Shown: positions 52,754 through 62,333 of the stretch, in pieces
Position numbering within the stretch: the stretch's first letter is position 1
Layout: each line of letters starts with the position of its first letter
NCBI GenBank assembly: GCA_050043265.1
Contig: JBHJIR010000005.1
Span: forward strand, 61,202-125,201
From: Kiloniellaceae bacterium
Lineage (GTDB): Bacteria; Pseudomonadota; Alphaproteobacteria; Kiloniellales; Kiloniellaceae
DNA length: 64,000 bases
Reading direction: 5' to 3'
Notes under the pieces: generated by a model
What the model saw: only the letters and a program-made list of their open reading frames with translations
Told to the model about the DNA's origin: nothing
The model's database searches: none
Made by a program: the position numbers and the translations under genes

Positions 52754-53458
52754 TCATGACGCGCCCGCCAGCCAGATGAAAAACGGCATCAGCCAGTTCA
52801 CCGGCGTGCCAATCACGGTATCGAAGAACGACAGGTTAGCACCAATGAGACGGCCTGCGTAGGGCAGCACGAAGAAGGCGGCGATCAGCACCAGCAGGCC
52901 GTAGCGCTCCATCCGCGCCAAGGGAGCGGCCAGGCTGATCGGCAGCAGGCCGACGGCGATGCGCCCGCCGTCCAGCGGCGGCAGCGGCAGCAGGTTCAGG
53001 ACCGCCAGGATCAGGTTGAGGAAGATCGAGTTGAACAAGGTCAGGCGCAGCCAGTCCGCCGCCGGGTCGGGAGACAGCCCGGCCAGGTGGAGCAGCAGGG
53101 CCGACAGGGCCGCCAGGATGAAGTTGGCCATCGGCCCTGCGGCGGCGACGTAGATCATGTCGCGGCGGGGCTTGCGCAGCCGGTGGAAAGCGACCGGCAC
53201 CGGTTTGGCGTAGCCGAACACGAAGGGCAGCGGCGAGATGTAGAGCAGGATCGGCAGCACGACGGTGCCGAAGGGATCGACGTGCTTCAACGGGTTGAGG
53301 GTCACCCGGCCCTGTTTGTAGGCGGTATCGTCGCCGTAGGACCAGGCGATGATGCCATGGGCCGCCTCATGCAACGTGATCGCCAGCAGGATCGGCAGGA
53401 TCCAGGTGGAAATCGTATAGGCCTGTGAGGAAAAGTCGATATCGAGGTCCGGCATCAC
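52754..53458 (-). CDS. Site-2 protease family (M50) metalloprotease
   Basis: ITLHEAAHG, AAAGPMAN, NLLPLPPLDGG. Confidence 0.93.
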   Translation of the reverse strand: MMPDLDIDFSSQAYTISTWILPILLAITLHEAAHGIIAWSYGDDTAYKQGRVTLNPLKHVDPFGTVVLPILLYISPLPFVFGYAKPVPVAFHRLRKPRRDMIYVAAAGPMANFILAALSALLLHLAGLSPDPAADWLRLTLFNSIFLNLILAVLNLLPLPPLDGGRIAVGLLPISLAAPLARMERYGLLVLIAAFFVLPYAGRLIGANLSFFDTVIGTPVNWLMPFFIWLAGAS

Positions 53459-53465
53459 ACGGTAT

Positions 53466-54503
53466 TCATGAGGCCGGATTCATCAGACCGTCAAGCCGCC
53501 GCTGCAAAGCCGCCTGGTCGACCGCCTCGGGACGGCCCAGGCGCGCCCGGGCGGCGGCGATGCGCCGCTGGGCCTCCGCCGTCAGCGGACCGACGGCCGC
53601 GGCGACCTGCTCCATCTCCTCCGGCTTGCCGTTGCAGTGCAATGCCACGTCGCAGCCGGCCCCGAGCGAGTCCGTTGCCCGCTCGCCGAGGCCGCCCTTC
53701 AGCGCCTCCATCGAGAGATCATCGGACAGCAGCAGCCCGTCGAAGCCGATCTGACCGCGGATCACGCCGGAAATCAGGCCTGGCGAGGTGGTCGCCGGGC
53801 GTTCGGCGTCCAGGGCCGAATAGACCACGTGGGCGGTCATCGCCCAGGGCGCGTCGGCCAGCGCCTGGAACGGCTTGAAATCGGTGGCTTCCAGTTCCGC
53901 CGCCGCCGTATCGACCACCGGCAGATCCTTGTGGCTGTCCACGCGGGCGCGGCCGTGGCCGGGGATGTGTTTGACGATCGGCATGACCCCGGCTTCCAGC
54001 ATGGTCTCGCAGACGATGCGGCCGAGGTCCGCCACCAGTTCCGGATCGCCGCCGAAGGAGCGGTCGCCGATCACCTCGTGGGCCCAGGGGAACTGCAGAT
54101 CCAACAGCGGCACGCAGTCGACGTCGATACCCAGGTCGGTCAGCTCGGTGGCGATCAGCCGGGTGTTGATGCGCAGGGCCTCGTGGGCGCGCTGGCGGTC
54201 GTGGCTCGCCATGCGCCCGAAGTAGCTGGCCGGCGGCGCATTGCGCCAGTGCGGCGGCTTCAACCGGGCTACCCGGCCGCCTTCCTGGTCGATCAGCACC
54301 GGGGCGTCGTCGCGCCCGACGCTGGCGCGCAGGGCGGCGACCAGGTCGCGGACCTGCTCCGGGCTCTCGCAGTTGCGCGCGAAGAGAATGAAGCCGAAGG
54401 GATCAGCGGCCCGGAAAAACGCTTCCTCCGCCGCGCTGAGGCTGAGCCCGGCGCACCCGTAAATTGCCGCGGAGGGGACCCGCCGTTCCGTGTTGTCTGA
54501 CAT
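53466..54503 (-). CDS. nagZ: Beta-N-acetylhexosaminidase (GH3)
   Basis: ILFARN, IDQEGGRVARL, KHIPGHG...DSH, SDDLSM. Start at ATG 54503. Confidence 0.96.
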   Translation of the reverse strand: MSDNTERRVPSAAIYGCAGLSLSAAEEAFFRAADPFGFILFARNCESPEQVRDLVAALRASVGRDDAPVLIDQEGGRVARLKPPHWRNAPPASYFGRMASHDRQRAHEALRINTRLIATELTDLGIDVDCVPLLDLQFPWAHEVIGDRSFGGDPELVADLGRIVCETMLEAGVMPIVKHIPGHGRARVDSHKDLPVVDTAAAELEATDFKPFQALADAPWAMTAHVVYSALDAERPATTSPGLISGVIRGQIGFDGLLLSDDLSMEALKGGLGERATDSLGAGCDVALHCNGKPEEMEQVAAAVGPLTAEAQRRIAAARARLGRPEAVDQAALQRRLDGLMNPAS

Positions 54504-55630
54504 CAGCGTTGCTTGACGAGGCAGTCCTGGTTGCGGGCCTTCAACTGGGAACAGACGTCGGCCGCCGCACTGCGGCTGGGAAACGGCCCGGTCTGTACCC
54601 GGTAGTAGGTGGTGCCTTTGACCTCTGCGGTCTCCATGGTCAGCGGCAGGCTGCCGAGCAACCCCGGGTGCGCTGCCTTGAGCCGCTTCCACTCCGCCGC
54701 CGCCGCCGTCTCGGACTTCACCGAGGACAGCTGCAACACCACGTCGCCGGCGGTCACCGCGGCCACCTGGTTGTCGGTGGGGGTCGCCGCGGGGGCGGCC
54801 GGCGCTTGGGCAGGCGTCGACGCATCGCCGTTGGCAGTCTCCAGCGCCGGCTCATCCAGAAGTTGGGCGATCTGATCGCCTTCCGTCCCGTTGCCGCCTG
54901 TAGCGGGCTTGGGGATCGGCTTGGCGATGCCGCCCTCGGCCATCCCCTCGGCCATCTGGGGCGACTCGGCCTCGCCGGCCGGCATTGCAGGGGCGTCTTC
55001 GGCCATGGCCGGGGCTTCGGTAGCGTCGGCCGCGCTCTCCCCGGCCATCAGCGGCGCTTCGGGCGGGCCGGCCGGCGGCCGGTCTTCCGGCAGGGCCTGG
55101 GCCGTCGGCGCCGGCGGGATCGGCAGGGGTTCCGGCGGGTTGGGCGCCTCCGGGCGCGGCAGCAGCCGCTCCACGCGGGTGGCGCTTTCATTGGTGGCGC
55201 CGGGGTTCAGCACCTCAATGCTCTGGTGCTCGACCACCATGCCGCCCGGCTGCTCGGGCTTCACCTTTTCCGGCATCGGCTCGGCACGGACCACCGGCAG
55301 TTCCTCGCTGGTCATCTGGCCGGTACCCCAGGTATAGGCGTACCAGACAATGGCGCCGAAGCAGAACACCGCCGCCAGGGCGGTGACGATCGGCACCAGG
55401 CTGCGCCGGCCGCGCAGATCGGCCGCCAGTTCCGCAGTGTCCTCGTCGAAGACGTCACTGCGGCTGTCGCGGGGCCGCCGCGCCGATTCCGGCCCGCCGC
55501 CGTCGCGGTCCTGGCCATAGATGATGCGGCGCATGCCCTCGTCGCTGAACGGCGCCGGACCGGCGGTCAGATCGTCGTCCCCGCCGTCATCTCCTCCGCC
55601 GTCTCGGCCGCGTCCCGGCTCGCTCACCAT
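54503..55630 (-). CDS. SPOR domain protein (FtsN-like)
   Basis: Single TM, Pro/Ala-rich linker, C-terminal LQLSS...W..L....YYRVQTGPF...A...C..LK...C SPOR domain; follows argS. Confidence 0.9.
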   Translation of the reverse strand: MVSEPGRGRDGGGDDGGDDDLTAGPAPFSDEGMRRIIYGQDRDGGGPESARRPRDSRSDVFDEDTAELAADLRGRRSLVPIVTALAAVFCFGAIVWYAYTWGTGQMTSEELPVVRAEPMPEKVKPEQPGGMVVEHQSIEVLNPGATNESATRVERLLPRPEAPNPPEPLPIPPAPTAQALPEDRPPAGPPEAPLMAGESAADATEAPAMAEDAPAMPAGEAESPQMAEGMAEGGIAKPIPKPATGGNGTEGDQIAQLLDEPALETANGDASTPAQAPAAPAATPTDNQVAAVTAGDVVLQLSSVKSETAAAAEWKRLKAAHPGLLGSLPLTMETAEVKGTTYYRVQTGPFPSRSAAADVCSQLKARNQDCLVKQR

Positions 55631-57385
55631 TTAGCGCAACTCCTCAACCGGCGTGACGCCGAAGATATCCAGGCCGGAAGCGATCACGAAGGCGGTCGCC
55701 TGCACCAGCGCCAAACGCGCCGCCGTCAGCACCGGATCGTCCGGCAGGAGGAAGCGCAGTTCGGCATGGTCCTTGCCCTTGTTCCACTGTCCGTGAAAGG
55801 CCCCGGCCAGGTCGTAGAGATAGAAGGCCACCCGGTGGGGCTCGTGCGCTTCCGCCGCGCTTTCAAGCAGACGGGGCCATTCCGCCAACAGCTTAATCAG
55901 ATCAAGCTCCCCCGAGTCGGTCTAGCGATTGAGGTCCGCCCCCGCCAAGGACACAGGATCTAGGGAAATGGCCGGCATTTCGGCTTCGGCGTGGCGCAGG
56001 ATCGACCGGCAGCGGGCATGGCCGTACTGGACGTAGAACACCGGGTTGTCGCGCGACTGCTCCAGCACCTCGACCAGGTCGAAATCCAGCGCCGCGTCGT
56101 TCTTGCGGGTCAGCATGATGAAGCGGACGACGTCCTTGCCGACCTCCTCGATGACCTCACGCAGGGTGACGAAGCTGCCCGAGCGTTGGGACATCTTCAC
56201 CAGCTCGCCGCCGCGCTTCAGGTTGCCCAGCTGGCAGATCTTCACGTCCAGATCGCCCTGCCCCGCGGTCAGCGCCTTGACGCCGGAGGTCATGCGTTTG
56301 ATATAGCCGCCGTGGTCGGCGCCCCAGACGTTGATCATCACGGTGAAGCCGCGGCGGAACTTGTCCAGGTGATAGGCCATGTCGCCGGCGAAGTAGGTCC
56401 ACGAGCCGTCGGACTTCTTCAGCGCCCGGTCGACGTCGTCGCCGAACTGGGTGGCCTTGAACAGCAGCTGCGGACGCGGCTCCCAGTCCTCCGGCGTCTT
56501 ACCCTTGGGCGGTTCCAGCACACCGGTATACAGCAGGCCGCTGGCGTCCAGGGTCTTCACCACCTCCTCGACGCCGCCGGCCTCGACCAGCTTGCGCTCG
56601 GATGAAAACACGTCCTGGTGGACGCCCAGGAAGTCCAGGTCGGCGCGGACCAGATCCATCATGGAATCGATGGCGAACTGGCGCACCACCGGCAGCCACT
56701 CGGCCTCGTCCTTGCCAACCCACTTGTCGCCGTCGCGCGCGGCCAGGGCCTTGCCGACGTCCTTCAGGTAGTCGCCGGGATAGAGCCCTTCCGGGATCTC
56801 GCCGATGGTCTCGCCCAGGGCCTCGCGGTAGCGCAGGTAGGCCGAGCGCGCCAGGGTGTCGACCTGCCCGCCGGCATCGTTGATGTAATACTCCTTGGTC
56901 ACGTCGAAGCCGACCTTGGCCAGCAGGGCGGCCAGGGCGTCGCCGACCACGGCGCCGCGGGCATGGCCCACCGTCAGCGGACCGGTCGGGTTGGCCGAGA
57001 CGTACTCGATGTTGACCTTCAGGCCCCGCCCCATGTCGCTGGCCCCGTAGGCGGCGCCATCGGCCAGGATCTCGCCGAGGCGCGCATACCACACCGTCGG
57101 GTCCAGGCGCAGGTTGATGAAACCGGGTCCGGCGATTTCCACGCCGATGACGTCGGCGTGCTTCTCCAGCCGCCCGGCCAGGGTCTCGGCCAGGTCGCGC
57201 GGCTTCAGGCCGGCCGGCTTGGCCAGCACCATGGCGGCGTTGATCGCCAGGTCGCCGTGGCTGCGGTCGCGCGGCGGCTCCACCGCCACCCGCGCGGTAT
57301 CGAGGCCGGCCGGCAACGCGCCGGCCGCCGCCATCTGCTCCAGCTCGCCGACAACGACGTCCTTGAAGTATTTGAAAATGTTCAT
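55631..57385 (-). CDS. argS: Arginine--tRNA ligase, interrupted by an in-frame TAG at 55922-55924
   Basis: ATG 57385 (MNIFKYFK); [34 protein letters not shown]. After the TAG the same frame continues [17 protein letters not shown]...EPHRVAFYL...GVTPVEELR (DALR domain). Confidence 0.92.
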
Positions 57386-58581
57386 GCGTTTTTGACTCGG
57401 ATATCGAAATTCTTGGCGTGCTCGTCCAGCGCGTAGCGATCCGTCATGCCGGCGATGTAGTCCGCCACCAGCCGCGCCCGTTCGGCCTCCGGCAGGTCGC
57501 GCGCCTGGACCTGCCACTCGTCGGGCAGGCAGTCCGGCCGCGCCAGGTAGTGCTCGAACAACTCGTGCACCACCCGCCGTGCCTTGGTGGTCATGCGGTT
57601 GACCTTGTAGTGGCGATACATGCGGGCAAAGAGAAAGCGCCGCAGGGCGCGGTCGTTCTGGCGCATCTCGTCGGAAAAGGCAACCAGCGGGCCCGGCAGG
57701 TGGCGCACCGCCGCCGCCGAGTCCGGCTTGGCCTCGGCGCTGCGCCGGCGCGTTTCGTCCAACAGGTCGGTCACCATGTGGTCGATCAGGCGGCGGATGG
57801 TCTCGTGGATGAGGCGCCCCTCCTCCAGCTTGGGATAGCGCGCCTCCACCTCGGCCAGCACCGGGCCGACCAGCGGGAGGTCGCGCAGGTCGTCGATGGC
57901 GAACAGGCCGGCGCGCAGGCCGTCGTCGATATCGTGGTTGTTGTAGGCGATGTCGTCGGACAGCGCCGCGACCTGGGCCTCCGCCGAGGCGAAGGTGGCG
58001 ATCTCCAGGTCGTGCTTGTCGCGGCAGTAGGCGGCGACCGTCGGCGGCACCGCCTCGCCGCCCTCCTTCAGGCGCGCATGCGGCCCGATCAGCGGGCCGT
58101 TGTGCTTGACGATGCCCTCCAGGGTTTCCCAGGTCAGGTTGAGGCCGTCGAACTCGGCATAGCGCCGTTCCAGCAGGGTCAGGACGCGGAAGGTCTGCTC
58201 GTTGTGGTCGAAACCGCTGTAGGGCGCCATCGCCGCCTTCAGGGCGTCCTCGCCGGCGTGGCCGAAGCAGGTGTGGCCCAGGTCGTGGGCCAGCCCCATG
58301 GCCTCCGCCAGGTCCTCGTTGAGGCCGAGAGCGCGGCTGATCGAACGGGCGATCTGCGCCACCTCGATGGAATGGGTCAGCCGGGTCCGGTAGTAGTCGC
58401 CCTCGTGGTAGACGAAGACCTGGGTCTTGTACTTCAGGCGGCGGAAGGCCCCGGCGTGCACGATGCGGTCGCGGTCGCGCTGAAAGCACGAGCGGGTCGG
58501 GCTCTCCGGTTCGGGGAAATCGCGCCCCCGGCTTTCCTCGGGCCGGCAGGCAAAGGCGGCAGGCGGATTCGGGTGCAACAT
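57382..58581 (-). CDS. dgt: Deoxyguanosinetriphosphate triphosphohydrolase (HD family)
   Basis: [54 protein letters not shown]. Confidence 0.95.
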   Translation of the reverse strand: MLHPNPPAAFACRPEESRGRDFPEPESPTRSCFQRDRDRIVHAGAFRRLKYKTQVFVYHEGDYYRTRLTHSIEVAQIARSISRALGLNEDLAEAMGLAHDLGHTCFGHAGEDALKAAMAPYSGFDHNEQTFRVLTLLERRYAEFDGLNLTWETLEGIVKHNGPLIGPHARLKEGGEAVPPTVAAYCRDKHDLEIATFASAEAQVAALSDDIAYNNHDIDDGLRAGLFAIDDLRDLPLVGPVLAEVEARYPKLEEGRLIHETIRRLIDHMVTDLLDETRRRSAEAKPDSAAAVRHLPGPLVAFSDEMRQNDRALRRFLFARMYRHYKVNRMTTKARRVVHELFEHYLARPDCLPDEWQVQARDLPEAERARLVADYIAGMTDRYALDEHAKNFDIRVKNA

Positions 58582-58738
58582 GGGCGCGACCCTACGGCCT
58601 CCCGGGAATTCGCGCAATGGCGGTTTTCCGCGCTATTCCCCGGTGATTCGGGGGCGATTTCCGGGGCAATTTCCGCTTAATTCCACGCTGTTTCCGCCTG
58701 CCTCCGGGCCGGCGTCCCGGGCGGCCGCGCGGGCCGAT

Positions 58739-58766
58739 TTGACAACCCCGCCAGACTCCCTACATC
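58739..58766 (+). promoter_or_regulatory. sigma-70-type promoter of erpA
   Basis: TTGACA-N16-TACATC. Confidence 0.55.
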
Positions 58767-58816
58767 TTGGCTGTGTCCCCGCCCTTTTGGCCGGGGGACC
58801 TGGTTAAGGGAAAATC

Positions 58817-59164
58817 ATGACGGCAACGGCAGATACCCTGGAATTCTCGCTCACCGAACGGGCGGCCAAGCGGGTTGCCTACCTGATCGAACAGGAAGGC
58901 CAGAGCGGCCTGATGCTGCGCGTCGCGGTTTCCGGCGGCGGCTGCTCGGGCTTCCAGTACGGCTTTTCCTTCGACGACACCGTGAACCCGGACGACCGCA
59001 CCTTCGAGCGCGACGGCGTGATGGCGGTGGTCGACGAGACCTCGCTGGAGCTGCTGGCCGGCTCCGAGGTCGATTTCGTCGAGGACCTCGGCGCCGCCGC
59101 CTTCAAGATCACCAATCCCAACGCGACCTCCTCCTGCGGCTGCGGCTCGTCCTTCGCTGTCTGA
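58817..59164 (+). CDS. erpA: A-type Fe-S cluster carrier (ErpA/IscA)
   Basis: VSGGGCSGFQY, NPNATSSCGCGSSF. Confidence 0.93.
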   Translation: MTATADTLEFSLTERAAKRVAYLIEQEGQSGLMLRVAVSGGGCSGFQYGFSFDDTVNPDDRTFERDGVMAVVDETSLELLAGSEVDFVEDLGAAAFKITNPNATSSCGCGSSFAV

Positions 59165-59192
59165 TCCCGATCTGACGCCCCGATCTGACGCT

Positions 59193-59221
59193 TTGACCGC
59201 TGGTGCGACTTGGCCTAAAGA
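59193..59221 (+). promoter_or_regulatory. sigma-70-type promoter of xth
   Basis: TTGACC-N17-TAAAGA, preceded by a 13-bp tandem repeat. Confidence 0.5.
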
Positions 59222-59268
59222 AACTGGGCCATGAGAAACACCCTGCCGCCGCATAATGAGTCGCCGCG

Positions 59269-60063
59269 ATGACCCGCATCGCCACCTGGAACGTCAACTC
59301 CGTCAAAGCCCGCCTGCCCAACGTGCTGGCCTGGCTGAAGTCGGCCCAGCCGGATGTCGTCCTGCTGCAGGAACTGAAGTGCATCGACGACAACTTCCCG
59401 CGCCTGGAGATCGAAGAACTCGGCTACACCGTCGCCGTCCACGGCCAGAAGTCCTATAACGGCGTCGCCATCCTGTCGAAGGCGCCGATGGAGGACGTCA
59501 TGATCGGCCTGCCCGGCGACCAGTCGGACGAGCAGGCCCGCTACGTGGAAGCCACCATCAACGGCTTGCGTATCGCCACGATCTACCTGCCCAACGGCAA
59601 TCCCATCAAGACCGAGAAGTTCACCTACAAGCTGGCCTGGATGGACCGCCTGATCCGCCACGCCGAAGGTCTGCTGGCCAGCGAGCAGCCGGTGGTGCTG
59701 GCCGGCGACTACAACGTCATCCCGCAGGACGAAGACGTCTACGACCCGCGCGCCTTCGCGACAGACGCCCTCACCCAGCCGGAGAGCCGCAGCCGCTTCC
59801 GCACCCTGCTGAACCTGGGCTTCACCGATGCCCTGCGGGCGCTGCACCGCGAGCCGCACCTCTACACCTTCTGGGACTACCAGGGCGGCGGCTGGCAGAA
59901 CGACCACGGCCTGCGCATCGACCACTTCCTGCTGTCGCCCCAGGCCGCCGATCTGCTGGAAGCCTGCGACGTCGACCGCGGCCCGCGCGGCGAGCCCAAG
60001 GCCTCCGACCACACCCCGGTGGTCTGCCGCCTGAGGGACGTCCCCGGGCACGACATCCGCTAG
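59269..60063 (+). CDS. xth: Exodeoxyribonuclease III / AP endonuclease
   Basis: IATWNVNSVKARL, LQELK, GQKSYNGVAIL, YLPNG, GDYN, GLRIDH, SDH. Confidence 0.96.
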   Translation: MTRIATWNVNSVKARLPNVLAWLKSAQPDVVLLQELKCIDDNFPRLEIEELGYTVAVHGQKSYNGVAILSKAPMEDVMIGLPGDQSDEQARYVEATINGLRIATIYLPNGNPIKTEKFTYKLAWMDRLIRHAEGLLASEQPVVLAGDYNVIPQDEDVYDPRAFATDALTQPESRSRFRTLLNLGFTDALRALHREPHLYTFWDYQGGGWQNDHGLRIDHFLLSPQAADLLEACDVDRGPRGEPKASDHTPVVCRLRDVPGHDIR

Positions 60064-60068
60064 GGCCG

Positions 60069-60857
60069 ATGCCCTTCATCCCGCTGCACGACACCACGCC
60101 GCGCTATCTGATCGCGCGGCCCTGGGCCACCTGGGCGCTGATCGCCGCCTGCGCGCTGATCTATCTTGGGCAGATCATGCTCGGCGACCGGGGCAACCTG
60201 CGGCTGGTCTACGGCCTGGGCACCATCCCGGCCTCGCTGACCGGTACCGCCGAACTGCCGCCGGAACTGGCGCTGGTCTCCCCCTGGCTCACCCTGGTGT
60301 CCTACCAGTTCCTGCACGGCGGCTTCATGCACCTGGCCGGCAACATGCTGTTCCTCTGGGTGTTCGGCGACAATATCGAGGATGCCATGGGCCATGGCCG
60401 CTTCCTCGTCTTCTATCTGGTCTGCGGCGCCTTGGCCGCCCTCACCCAGGTCGCCCTCCATACCGGCAGCACCACGCCGCTGATCGGTGCCAGCGGGGCG
60501 ATCTCCGGCGTGCTCGGCGCCTACCTGATCCTGCATCCCAAGGCGCGGGTGCTGGTGCCGATCGTCTTCATCCCGCTCTACCTGCCGGCCTGGCTGCTGC
60601 TGATCTTCTGGTTCGGCTTCCAGTTCTTCTCCGCCACCGCGGGTCCCTCGGCCAGCAACGTGGCCTGGTGGGCCCACATCGGCGGCTTCATCGCGGGCGT
60701 CGTGCTCATCTTCGTCTTCCGCTACAAGGCGGTGCCGCTGTTCGGCCTGGGCGATCCGCCGGGCGGCGTGACGCTACGGCGCGGCCGGATGTGGGCTGGC
60801 CGCGCCTGGCGGGCCCGCGACGAGAGCACCCCGGACCGCAAGGGCCCCTGGGACTGA
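60069..60857 (+). CDS. Rhomboid family intramembrane serine protease
   Basis: FLHGG..HLAGNML, GASGAISG, AWWAHIGGF. Confidence 0.95.
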   Translation: MPFIPLHDTTPRYLIARPWATWALIAACALIYLGQIMLGDRGNLRLVYGLGTIPASLTGTAELPPELALVSPWLTLVSYQFLHGGFMHLAGNMLFLWVFGDNIEDAMGHGRFLVFYLVCGALAALTQVALHTGSTTPLIGASGAISGVLGAYLILHPKARVLVPIVFIPLYLPAWLLLIFWFGFQFFSATAGPSASNVAWWAHIGGFIAGVVLIFVFRYKAVPLFGLGDPPGGVTLRRGRMWAGRAWRARDESTPDRKGPWD

Positions 60858-60881
60858 ACCGCCCTCACAGCGCCTTCGGGC

Positions 60882-62069
60882 TCACAGCGCTTTCGGCAGG
60901 TAGCGCGCGTACCAGGCGCTGATCAGCAGCAGCAGACCCAGCACCACGAAAACCGCCGGCAGCGGCGCCACCGTCAGCACCGCCGCGTAGGCCGCGGCGG
61001 GCAGCAGCTGCGACGCCTCGATGTAGGTGCGAAAGACCGAGGTCATCTCCGAGCGTTCATAGGCGTGCACCGCGCGCAGGAAGGGGATGTTGCCCAGGGC
61101 GTCGAGCGCGGTCGCCCCGATGGCGGCGAAGACGAAAAGACCGGCGGTGATCCAGGGGGTGGGCTGCAGCAGGCCGGCGACGATCGAGGTCAGGCCGGTC
61201 AGCACTGCCGCCCAGATGATGATGCGGCGAATGCCGTGGCGCCGGCCGAGCTTGCCGCCCAGCGGCGCGAAGAACAGCAGCCCCTGCCCTGCCGACAGCA
61301 TCACCGCGACGATGACCTCGTCGCCGTTCTGCTGGACGATGTAGAGCGGCGGGTAGACGAAAAAGGTGGTCCAGAAGGCGCTGCGCCCGAACGGAATGAT
61401 CCAGGCCAGGCGCAGGCGCGGCTGGCTGAGATAGCGGCGGATGTTGTTCCATGGCATCGGCGGTCGCTGCCTGGCCGGCGCCACCGTCGGGTTGTCCTTG
61501 ATGCGCAGATACCAGAAATAGGCCAGCGCCGAGAGGGCGAAAGCCGCGCTGACCAGGCAGACCGGCAGCAGGCCGAACTGCTTGTAGCAGAAGATGCCCA
61601 GCCCCGGCCCGACGAACCACGAGATGCCGAGAAAGGCGAGGCGCAGCGGCTCGCTGGCGACGAAGTCCTTCCGACGGATGTAATCGAGGATGTAGAGGTT
61701 CAGCGCGATGTTCACGCAGACCACCGCCAGGCTGCGGACCTGCAGCGCGGTGACGAAGGGCCAGATCTGCGATTGCACCATCAGCAGCGGCGCGATGACC
61801 ATGCACAGGGTGCCGGCGGAAAAGATCCACTTGCGGCGCACCCTCAACAGCACCAGCGGCACCATGAAGCTGGTGGCGAAGGCGACGATACCGACGCCCG
61901 CATAGACCAGGCTGATGGTGCGGGCTTCCACGAGCAGGGCGTGGGCTTCCAGCGGAATGACCCCGGCGATGAGGGCACGGGAGAAAGCCTCCACTGCCGA
62001 CAGGATCGCAAACTCCCGCGCGCCCGGCCGGTCGACCACGCGCAACCACATCGGAAATCGGATTTCCAC
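60882..62069 (-). CDS. MFS transporter
   Basis: About 12 hydrophobic helices, GKLGRRHGIRR loop motif; GTG start. Confidence 0.85.
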   Translation of the reverse strand: MEIRFPMWLRVVDRPGAREFAILSAVEAFSRALIAGVIPLEAHALLVEARTISLVYAGVGIVAFATSFMVPLVLLRVRRKWIFSAGTLCMVIAPLLMVQSQIWPFVTALQVRSLAVVCVNIALNLYILDYIRRKDFVASEPLRLAFLGISWFVGPGLGIFCYKQFGLLPVCLVSAAFALSALAYFWYLRIKDNPTVAPARQRPPMPWNNIRRYLSQPRLRLAWIIPFGRSAFWTTFFVYPPLYIVQQNGDEVIVAVMLSAGQGLLFFAPLGGKLGRRHGIRRIIIWAAVLTGLTSIVAGLLQPTPWITAGLFVFAAIGATALDALGNIPFLRAVHAYERSEMTSVFRTYIEASQLLPAAAYAAVLTVAPLPAVFVVLGLLLLISAWYARYLPKAL

Positions 62070-62206
62070 GCAAGAACCCCAAGCTGCTGAAACCGCGGGC
62101 CGGCAGCGGCCAGCGCCTTACCTTGTCACTGATAGTCCGATTTGCCGGCGCTTGGCCAGCGGTCAAAGCCAGCGGTCAAAGAGTATCTCTTTGCCCTTTA
62201 AAAGGC

Positions 62207-62292
62207 TGTCGGCCCGGGGCTTGTCCCCGGGACCCAATGCCCTCTCCATCCGCTAACGCCAAGGGGTCCCGGCAACAAGTGCCGGGACGACA
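62207..62292. repeat. REP-like palindromic element, family A
   Basis: TGTCGGCCCGGGGCTTGTCCCCGGGACCC...GGGTCCCGGCAACAAGTGCCGGGACGACA; right arm differs from the 25769-25797 copy at one base. Confidence 0.82.
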
Positions 62293-62333
62293 TTTGTGGG
62301 TGGCACGGGCCTCGTCGGAATGAGGAATTAAGG

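Noticed and set aside
55922-55924. Genome-wide TAG reassignment or pyrrolysine explanation for the argS stop
   Set aside because: TAG terminates coaD, gyrA, ssb and the RND permease at their expected C-termini, and no pyl genes are in the window.
57386-58489. Apparent ~370-aa N-terminal extension on ArgRS in the 855-aa ORF
   Set aside because: It is an off-frame reading of dgt. The real argS start is ATG 57385, coupled to the dgt stop.
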